Shown here one piece after another: positions 52,616 to 64,000 of a stretch of 64,000 bases of DNA. Position 1 is the first letter of the stretch. The number at the start of each line of letters is the position of its first letter. The position numbers and the translations under genes are program-made. The stretch comes from Neocallimastix sp. 'constans' (lineage: Eukaryota). Below the pieces are notes generated by a model. The model worked only from the letters and a program-made list of their open reading frames with translations, made no database searches and was not told the origin of the DNA. The stretch covers positions 434,001 to 498,000 of the forward strand of contig JBODTK010000115.1 in NCBI GenBank assembly GCA_050613775.1, given 5' to 3'.

Positions 52616-53476
52616 TGCTTAGAGTTAATGAATTAGTATACTAATAATTAATATAGTGATATTGAATAAACTAGTTAAATAATTAATGTCGGATGAAGGA
52701 TGATAGAGAAATAATAATTAGAAATATTAATAATAAATAATTAAATAATAAATAATGAATAATAATAATAATAATAATAGTAATAGTTATAATAAATAAT
52801 AAATATAATAATAGTAAATAAATAAATTTAATAATACATAATACATAATAAAGAATGGAAATGAATGAAGGATTGAAAGTATTTTATATTTAATATATAT
52901 ATAATATATAAAACATCATTGAAAATTCATTTGTTTCCGAAAATGATAAATTGTTATATAATAACTCTTTTTGTACTATTTTTAACATTAATATAAAAAA
53001 AATAAATAAATAAAAATAAAATAAAATAAAATAAATAAAAAAAAATTAATATCATAATTTCATAATTTAATATTATTAAATTATTAAAACGTTTTTTTAA
53101 AACCTTTTAATTTATATAATTTATATAATTTATATAGTAAAAATCTGTAGTTATTTCTTTTTTATTTATTAATTAATTTATTTATTTATTTATATAAAAA
53201 AGTAAAACATTTTTTATTTTTTTTTTTTAATTTTTATATATTAAAAAAAAATATCCATATAAATTTATATTAATAAAAATATGTAAAAATATATAAAATA
53301 TGAATAAATAAAATATTAATTATTAATTATAAATTATTATTATTTTTATTTTCTTATTTATTTTTATTTATTTTATTTTATTATTATTTTATTTTATTTT
53401 ATTTTATTTTTTTTTTATTTTTTCATTTTTTATGAATTAAACTTTTTTGTTTTGTATAGATTAAAAAAATAAATAA

Positions 53477-53507
<31 letters not shown>

Positions 53508-54136
53508 ATATTATACATATTATAAAATTAACATAAAGTTTTATAAAGTTTTTAAAAATCGTTTGGAGAAAGATTAACAAAATTTTATTCTAGATTCACT
53601 TTTCATAAATATATAAAACTTTTTTTATATATTCAGTTCGAATTATTAATATAAATATAAATATATATTTAAAATATATATATATATATTAAATGTTTAT
53701 TAACATCAATTCTAGAGAGGATAATAGAATTAAATAAATAAATTAAATATATCAAAAAAAAAAAAAAAAAAAAATAAAAATAAAAATAATAATAATAATA
53801 ATAATAAATAATAATAATAAAAAAAAAAAAAAACCTTTTAAAAGTAATTTAAATGTATCTACTTATAATTATTTCAAAATCATATTCATTTAAATGTATC
53901 TACTTATAATTATTGTAAATTCATATTCATAATTATAATTATATTTATGATATTATTTTAATTATTATTATTATAATTATTTATTATAATATATGATATT
54001 ACAATTATATATAATTTTTTTTTTATGGATTAAAGTTTTATCTCAATTTTATTTTATTTTATTTTTAAATTTAAATTATAATAATTTACAATCAACCTTA
54101 ATTATTATTTATATTTTTTTCTAATGAATATTAATT

Positions 54137-54167
<31 letters not shown>

Positions 54168-54461
54168 ATTGATAATCTTCATAAATACTAATTATAGGTA
54201 TTAATCATAATTAATTATTATAATTCATCATAATTATCATCATCATCATCATCATTAATTATCCTCACAACTAATTATAAAAATATATTTAATTAAATAA
54301 TATAAAACATTTTACTTATTATGAGTTAAAATTTATATTTTTTTTTTGATTATAAATATTAATTTAAAAAAAAAAAATAAATAAAATAAAATAAAAATTT
54401 ATATTAATATTCATATTTATATAATTATTTATTTATATATATTTATAAAATGAATAAATAC

Positions 54462-54600
54462 TTTAATATCTAATAATTCCTTTAAAATCGAAAATTCAAC
54501 TATAAACAAAATTATAGAAAAGTTTAGAAGAATTAAACTTATTTTTTCTTTGAATTTGTTAATAGTTGAATTTTCTATTTTAAAGGATTAGATATTAAAA
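54462..54600. repeat. Imperfect foldback (~45-bp arms), MITE-like
   Basis: TTTAATATCTAAT...CCTTTAAAATCGAAAATTCAACTAT and ATAGTTGAATTTTCTATTTTAAAGGATTAGATATTAAA are inverse complements. Confidence 0.65.
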
Positions 54601-54907
54601 CTAATAATAGGATCCTGCATTAATTTCACAATATGGCTTATAAAATTTTAAAATAAAGCCATACATTTTTAAGATATTCTATACAATCATAAATAAATAT
54701 TATGAATAATTATTATTTTTAAAAGAAATAATAATATATTCTATTAAAAAAAGAATTATAAAAATTTTTTTTTGTTTATAAAAAATTATTTTTACAATTG
54801 AATATTAATAAATATATATAAAAAAAAGAACATTTATTATTTATTTATTTAAAACAAGCCACATACGAAAACACGCCACATTGTGAAATGCAAAATAGCA
54901 AAACTAG

Positions 54908-55221
54908 GGGAGAGTTGCATTTCCCCAAATTGCATTTCGCCAGGTTGCATTTCGCCAAGTGGCGTAGTATTAAAATGTTGCATTTCCCCAAGTTGCATTT
55001 CCCCAAGTTGCTTTTCGCCAGGTTGCATTTCGACAAGTAGAGTATTGATATAAATAAATGAATAAATAATTAAATATTAATTCAAAATATATTTTTTTTA
55101 AAATTGCTTTATGCGATATTAATATTTAATTTTATTTATTTATTTATTTATTTATTTAATAATTTTCAATCTGGCGAAATGCAATCTGGCGAAATGCAAT
55201 TTGGCGAAATGCCCCACACCC
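54908..55221. mobile_element. Non-autonomous Mutator-like MITE (314 bp)
   Basis: 9-bp TSD CAAAACTAG (54899-54907, 55222-55230); left arm tandem 15-mers TTGCATTTC(G/C)CCA(A/G)G, right arm inverse TGGCGAAATGCAA x3; GGG..CCC termini. It abuts an older related element at ~54610-54898. Confidence 0.88.
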
Positions 55222-55924
55222 CAAAACTAGATTTCTTAATAATAATAATATAAAAAAAAAACTTAAAATAAAATTTAACTAACCCTATAAATTGAAGTTA
55301 ATAAATAATAATAATAATAATAATAATAAAATAAAATAAAAAATAAAATAAAATAAAATATATTAAAAAAAAAAAAAAAAAATTTATTATATTTTGTCAA
55401 TGAAGTGACATAATCGAATATTCTTTTTCCTTTTATTTTTATTTTTTATGATAATCATTATTTTTTATGATAATGATGACTTCTATGGAATTACAACTTT
55501 TTTTTTTTTTTTTAAATTCAAATTATAATCTATGAAAAGTCTTTAAAATGAAATAAAGTTTAAAATAAATAAAATATAAAATATAAAATATAAAATATAA
55601 AATATAGAATAAAAAAATATAAAATAAAAAAAAAGAAACAAATTTATTCTGAAACAGAAAGGAATAATAGGAAATTTTATTTTAATTTTTAATTATTTTT
55701 TAATAAAATATATATATTTTATTTTGTTTTGTTTTATTTTATTTTTTATTATTTAAATGAAATTAGGATAAAACATAAAACAAACTAATACTAATAAAAA
55801 ATACAAAAAACAAAAACAAAAACATATAACAAATAAAATAAAAATCATTCGGAAATATTTTTATAATTAAATTAATAATTATTTTAATAATAATAATAAT
55901 TATATTAATAATAATAATGATAAT

Positions 55925-55955
<31 letters not shown>

Positions 55956-57153
55956 AAAAGACATTAAAATATTCTAGACTTAAAAATTTTTATTTTTATT
56001 TTTATTTAATTTTATTTTAATTTTGTTTTGTTTTGTTTTGTTTTGTTTTCCTAAAGGGAACTTTTTAATTAAATTCTTAATATCTAAATTTATATATTTT
56101 AAAACAGAAGTTAATTAAAAAAAAATGATGTTATGCATAATTTAAATTATAAATTATAGTATTTTTAAGTTGATAAAAAAAATAATAAAAAGTAAAATAA
56201 ATAATAAATAAATAATAATAATAATGAGAATAAATAAATAAAAAAGAAAAAGAAAACATATACATATATGTAAGAAAAAAAAAAATTCTAGTTCCGAGAA
56301 TTGAAAATAAATTAAAATCCTCACAAAAAAAAAAAAAAAAAAATTATTTTCATAATTTATTATTATTAGTATTAATATAATTATAATTAGTATTATTTAT
56401 ATAGAATATGTAAAATTTAGAATTTTCCTTAATTGTATCATTTTTCCTTTTTTCCTTCTTTTTTTTTTTTTTTCTCTCTCTCATAATAATAATAGTATTT
56501 TATCTTTACTTCCTCTTTTTTTTTATTTTTTTTTATTACGAAATAATTTAAATAGTCACTTTGAACCTAAAAGTATGGAAAGAAAGGAATATTTTTGTTC
56601 AGATATAGATATATATACAAACTTTTTATATTTTTATATTTTAATATTTAAAATTTTTTATTTGAATTTGAATAAAAAATTATAATTTTATTTATTTATT
56701 TATTTTTTTTTTTTTATTTTTTTTCCTTTAATTACTTTTTTTTTTTTTTTTTAAATTAATTTATTCTAATACGAACTTTTTCTTAATAATAATAATATTA
56801 ATTAAAAACAAACAAACAAACATTTCTATATTATTTAAAATTCATAAACTTTTTTTTTTTTTTTTTTTTTAATTATTAATATGAGACTTTCTTTTTTTTT
56901 TTTAAGCTTTATACAATTATTATAATTATTATAATTATAATTATTATTATTATTATAATTATTATTTGTTAACAATTTACAATTTTTATTTAGTTTTATA
57001 TAATTCATTCATTCATTGTTCATTCATTCATAAATAAATAAATAATAACAATGTTAATAATAATAATTATGTTAATAATAATAATTAAAATTTAAATAAT
57101 TATTAAATATTAGATATTATAAAATAAATTATTTTTAAAGTTTTTAATTAAAT

Positions 57154-57346
<193 letters not shown>

Positions 57347-57985
57347 GTGTCTCTATTTTGAATAAACCGCAACTTTAAGAATTAAAAATAAATAAAAAAA
57401 AAAGATTATGTTCCATTATTTATTTATTTATTTATTTATTTATGATTATGAAAGAAAAAAAAATTAATTATTTAGCTTTAGCCTTATATGGTAAAATTTA
57501 ATATAATTTTAAGTTTTTAGAGTTAATACCATTTTATATATAATAAAGTTTAAATCTACACTAAATTAAATTCACCTTTTTTAGAATTTATTTTGAACCG
57601 CAATTACATAAATATTATAAACAATAAGAAGATAAAATTTTTTTACCGTTTTTAATTAATTATTATATTAATAAATAATTATATTAATTAATTATTATAT
57701 TAATTATTTTTATTAATTATAAAAATATTTTCTTTATATTTTTTATTTATATTTATATTTAATTCTTAATTTTTAATTTTTAATTTAAAATGTAGTTAAT
57801 TAGTTTTAATTTTTAGAATTAATATATTATATTGATTTAATAAAAAAAAAAAAAAAAGAAGGAAAAAGGAAGGAAAAGGACATATTTAATATAATATATT
57901 TAATAGTTAGCTATTTATCTATTCTATAAATATAATTTCAATAAATTTAAATAGATTAATAATGGTTTTAGATATTATTAATTAA

Positions 57986-58250
57986 TATAGAAAATAGTAT
58001 GAAGCAATATAGAAAATAATATATAGAAAATAGTATGAAGCAATGTATATAGAAAATAATATATAGAAAACAGTATGAAGCAATGTATATAGAAAATAAT
58101 ATATAGAAAATAGTATGAAGCAATGTATATAGAAAATAATATATAGAAAATAGTATGAAGCAATGTATATAGAAAATAATATATAGAAAATAGTATGAAG
58201 CAATGTATATAGAAAATAATATATAGAAAATAGTATGAAGCAATGTATAT
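57986..58250. repeat. 40-bp minisatellite, ~6.5 copies
   Basis: Unit ATATAGAAAATAGTATGAAGCAATGTATATAGAAAATAAT. Confidence 0.92.
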
Positions 58251-59221
58251 TGAAATATATAATATAGAAAATAATATCATTCATATATATAAAGTATAAT
58301 GAATGAAGTATAATGAATGAAATAAAATAATATAAAATAGTTTACATAAAATTAAAAGTTCTATCAAGATATTTATCATAAGTAATAAATGAAAAAAAAA
58401 AGAACTTTTTTTTTTCCCGTATTTTTATTTTTATTTTTATTTTATTTTGTTTTGATTTTTAATTTTTAATTTTATTTTATTATTCATGTAAGTATTAATA
58501 ATAACATGATTATTATTTTTTTTTTATTATTTATTACTTATTTTATTGCTATTGCTATTTAAACTTTTTGAATGCTATTTATTGTATTAAATACTAAATA
58601 AATTTATATTAGAATTATTTAATTGTCATGTATTAAATTATTAAAAGATTTTAATAAATAAAATATGAAAGACTAAAAAGACCTTTATATATATTTATGT
58701 ATATATATTTATATATTTATATAAATTTTTTTATTTTATTATATTTATTTATGTTGTATATTGATATTGATATTGATATTATTATGAACGGCAAAGTTAT
58801 TTTAGGTTTAAAAAAGATAATCTTCAAATATTATAAATATATGATAATTAATTAAAGTTAGGTAATTTTATTTATAATAAATAGATATCATGAGCATGTT
58901 TAATTATAATTTAATCTAAACTCTCATTTAATCTAATCAAAGATAAAATTAAGATTAAATAAAATAATTAAATAATAATAATAAATAATAATAAATAATA
59001 ATAATAATAATAATAATAATTACGATATTAATGATAATAGTAAAATTAAGATTAAATGATATAATTAAATAATAATAATAATAATAACAATAATAACAAT
59101 AACAATAACGATATTATTAATATTAATAATATTATTATTTAGTGTTATATTATTTATATTATTAATTAAAATTACATTTTAAATATAAAATAATAATAAA
59201 ATAATAATAAAATAATAATAA

Positions 59222-59256
<35 letters not shown>

Positions 59257-61128
59257 TTAAAAATTTTTAGTATTTTTTTTTTTTTAGTATTATCATTTTT
59301 AATATTCATTAGATCATACGATTTAATATTTTTTATATTTATTAAAGCATGAGCATGAACATTCATGAAAATTGAAAAATTGAAAATAGAAATTGAAATA
59401 ATGACTTTTTAATTTTGAAATAATTAAAAAGGTCATTAACAGATAATAAATAATTGAATAAATAATTGAATTAAATAATTGAATAAATAATTGAATAAAT
59501 AATAAATGAGTAAATAAATAAATAAATATTTTATTATTTATTATTTATTATTTATTATTTATTATTTATTATTTATTATTAATTATTTTTTTTTTTTAAA
59601 GTTTTAAATAAAATTAAATTAAAAAATTTTATTATCAATCTATATATTATCTATTCTATTTAAAAAAAAAAATTTTATATTATTTATTTATTCAATTATT
59701 TATTTATCCATTTATTTATTTAAATTTCTTAAATAATTAAATAAAAAAAAATAAAAAAATAATAAAGTTAACCGCAAGAAAGAAAATAATTTATTTTATT
59801 TTATTTTATTTTTTATTTTTATTTTTATGATATTAATATTAAAATTTTTAAAAAATTTTAATTATTTTAATTTTTATATACAGAAAAAAAAAAAAAAAAA
59901 CAGATAAACTTTAATTTATGCCACTTTTTTTTTTTTTTATTTTTATAATTTTTATAATTTTTTTTTAAATTTTAGTTTTTTTAAATTAAGAAGAGTGATA
60001 GATTTTGATAAGAAAAATAATAATAATTATAATTATAATAAAAGTAAATAGGATAATCCTTCTAGTTGATATTGGAATATCAAAAAAAAAAAAAAAAAAA
60101 AAAAAAAAAGGTTTGAATATTGATTCATGAGCGGAAAAGCTATAAAAGAATATAATAAAAAAATATTATATATATATATAAATATATATGTATATATATA
60201 TTTGTGTATTGTTTAATGATTTAATTAGAAGAAGAGAACACCCTTCTATAGTAAATAAATTTATATATATAAAAGTTTATATAAATAATTTAAATCAGTC
60301 AATAAATAATGATGATTATCATCATCAACTATTTGTATTGCTATCTATGACTATGTCAATGTATATTTATTAATTCTATTGTCCTTTTAAATAACTAAAT
60401 AAATAACTTAATAAATAAATAAATAAATAATTAATTAAATAATTGAATAATTGAATAATTGAATAAATATATTTTTCTTTGAAAATAATTCTTTGACTGT
60501 GAATGGTACATTTTCTCTTATTAGATAAATTATTATTAATATCTTTTTAGTATTATCAAATAATTAAAAAAAGAAAAAAAAATTAAAAAAAAAATTTTGT
60601 TAAAATATTTATAAAATATTTATAAAATGATGATATATATTTCTATTAATATTACTATTATATTATTTATTATATATATTTTTATTATATTATTATTATT
60701 AGTAATAGGGGTTAGAATTGTCTATTGTTTAAAAAAAAGAAATTAAATAAAATCGAAACTTTTTTTAATCTATATAGAAATATAAAATATGTATAAATAT
60801 AAATATATAAAATATATAAATATATAAAATATAAAATATAAATATATAAAATATAAATATATAGATATATAAAATATATAAAAATGATATAAAATATAAT
60901 ATATAAATTGTAATATATAAAAGAAATTAAAAAAAAAAAAAAAAAAGGCGTTTCTTTAATTTTTTTTTATTTTTTTCTATTTTATAAATTCAAATATCCA
61001 TAAAAGGAAGTAATGAAAATTTACATTTTTAGTAATTCTTTTATTTATTATAATTAAAATTTAAACTAATTTTAATTTATTCTTTATAGATAATATTAAA
61101 CTATTTTTTTTTTTTTTTTTACTATATG

Positions 61129-61187
<59 letters not shown>

Positions 61188-64000
61188 AAGTAGGAATAGA
61201 TTTTATGGAAAAAAACCCCCTATTTCATAATTTCATGTTTATTATTTATATTAGTTTACAACATTTTTTAGTTATTTTATATTTATTTTATATTTATTTT
61301 ATTATATCTATTAATATCTATTTTTTTTTTATAATTCTGAATATTCCATTAAAATTTATTTTTTTTTCTATTTTTTCTTATTTTAATACTGTCTATTTAA
61401 CAACTTTCATATTTAATATTTTAATTACATTCAAACTCTCTATTTTCATTTTTTTTTCACTTTTTTTTCAACTTTTTTACTTCTGAATTAATTTTCAAAA
61501 AAAAATTTTTTTAATTAACATTATTTCTATTTTTGGCAATTTTAATATAATTGATAATATAAACTTCTAATTTCATTGGTGGAAAATTAAAGTCAAATGA
61601 ATTATATATTAATATATACTATAATATATTATATGTTATATATTATATTATAAACATAATACATTATAACTATATGATAATTTTGAATTATATTAATTAT
61701 AATTTTAATTTTTTTTAGATCATTTCAATTATTCTAATTAAGTTGTAATACATAATAAATATATTAATAATATAAATAAAAGACTAAATTCATAAATTAA
61801 TTTATATATAGAAACGTATATTGAATTCTATTGATAATATATTACAAAATATGAACTTTTTAATTTTTTTTTATGTGCAAAAAAAAATAAAAATAAAAAT
61901 AAAAATAAAAAAATAAAAAATAAAAAATAAAAAAATATAAATTATTAATGATTAGCTAAAAATTTTATAATTATATTTTAGTAATTTTTGTATAATTAAT
62001 TATTATATAATTATTATAAGATTATTATATTATCATATTTTATTAATTACATTTTATGTTTTATTAATTATATTTTATATTTTATTAATTATATTTTATA
62101 TTTTATTAATTATATTTTATATTTTATTAATTATATTTTATATTTTATTAATTATATTTTATATTTCATTAATTATTTTATTTCTTTTCACCAAGGGTGG
62201 TTGATTGATATTTTCATTTGTTAATTATTATTATTTTTTTTTTTTTTTGATAATTTATATTTTATGATTATTAATATTTTACTTTTAATTATAGGTTGCT
62301 ATAATTATAGGTTCAAATTTATATTGATATATATTAATATTTATATAAATATTTATATCTGTTGATTAATATTAGCTATTTGAATATTATTTTTATATTT
62401 ATATTTATATTTACTGTTTTTTTTTTTTTTTTTTTTATTAAAATGTTTTATCCATACTAATTAATAGTTATTACTTTTACTAATATTCATGGAATTTATT
62501 ATATTATTTTAATTATAATAATTATAATTATTATTATTTTTTTTATTTCTTTTTTATGTTTCAAATTGTAAATGATTCGAGAATTTTAATAAATGGAAAA
62601 TGCTATGATACCACTTTAGAAATATAATAAATGTTAATATTTAATGATATATTAAAAGTAAACCTGGTCTTTAAATTACTCTAAAAATAATTAAAAAAAA
62701 ATAATTAAAAAAAAACTAGAACTTAAATAATATTTAGGTTCTAGAAAGAACTTTTTTTTTTTTTTTTTTTAATCACTATTAATTAAATAATACAAATATT
62801 TTTTGAAAAGTAATATTTAATAAATAATTTAAATAAGTTTTAAAGCTAAATATTAAAATAATATTAATTAAAAAGAAAAGGTGGAAATGGGTTTATATCA
62901 AACTATTATATACTATATATTGAAATAATTCATTAAAAAGGTTTCTATATGCAAATACTCATTAATGATAATAAAAAATAAAAAAAAAATAAAAAAAAAA
63001 AAAAAAAGAATATAGAATGATATATATATATATTAATCACTATTATAATTAAAACTTTTTCATTTTTATTATGATTTCCAACTTTTTTTTTATATTTTCA
63101 TTAAACATCTTTTATTATTATATTTTAATTCGAATTCTACATATTCTTTATATTTATCATTATAATCCATTCTTCTTTTCCTCATATTAATTTAATCATC
63201 ATAAAATGAACTATGCAATATCATAATATCATTTAATTTATAAATATAGTTAAATTTTATTTTATTTTATTTTATTATATTTTATTTTATTTTTAGTTTT
63301 TTTTTTATAATTATTATTATTATTATTATTATTATTATTTTTTTTTTTCTAATTATTATTAAAATTAATCATTTCAAATTATTTTAACCATATCAACATT
63401 AATTAATTAATTAATTAATTAGGATTATCCCTTTTTTTTTTTGCTCAACTGAAATTGAAAAGTAATTTCTAATGCTATCTCATTCTAAAACTATTCACTA
63501 CTAAAAAAAAAAGTTTATATATCCTTTAGTTGTTACTATGATAATATGATAATATAAATATAAATATTAAATATTAAATATTAAATATTAAATATGATAA
63601 TATAAATATTAAATATTAAATAATAAATATTAAAATATAAATAATAAATATTAAATATTAAAATATAAATATTAAATATGATAATATAAATATAAAAATA
63701 TTAATATAAATATAAAAATATAAATAATAAATATAAATAATTAAATAATAAATATTAAAAGCATCTATTTCTATTCAAATTTCAAATATATCAATTCTAA
63801 TATATTTATTCTAATATATATTATGAATATATTTGTTATATTCCAATATATATTCTAATATACTAATTCCATATATTTATTATATTCTAATATATGCTCT
63901 ATTTTATTTATAATATATTCCAATATATACTAATATATGTGTTTAATAGAAGATGAAAAAAGGAAAATAGAAATTTAAATTTATATTTAAATGTAAATGA

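Noticed and set aside
55277..55290. CTAACCCT as a telomerase template or telomere seed
   Set aside because: Single partial match with no tandem repeats or supporting structure.
57968..58284. Three overlapping minus-strand ORFs
   Set aside because: Translations of the 40-bp minisatellite.

Overview
Extremely AT-rich, microsatellite-laden eukaryotic DNA with intron-rich genes. Composition, gene structure and protein similarity fit an early-diverging fungus, most likely an anaerobic gut fungus (Neocallimastigomycota; inference). Genes I assembled by hand from GT-AG exons: RNA polymerase III largest subunit RPC1 (minus, runs off the left edge), an SLX9/FAM207A-like ribosome biogenesis factor, a type I membrane protein with a degenerate C-terminal SH3 domain, a WNK-family kinase with a coiled coil and SAM-like tail, a frameshifted small membrane-protein gene, RPL39 (missed by the ORF track), an intronless CAT-fold O-acetyltransferase of likely prokaryotic origin, and a 5-exon membrane-anchored protein ending in a bacterial-type DUF4189-like cysteine domain. 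Mobile DNA is layered: a decayed LTR retrotransposon (5-bp TSD) whose 5' LTR is interrupted by a 9-bp-TSD insertion, further Mutator-like MITEs with 9-bp TSDs, two polyA-tailed short retroposons with 14-bp TSDs, candidate solo LTRs and LINE-like debris. The last ~14 kb has no recognisable gene. Most short ORFs in the track are microsatellite artefacts.
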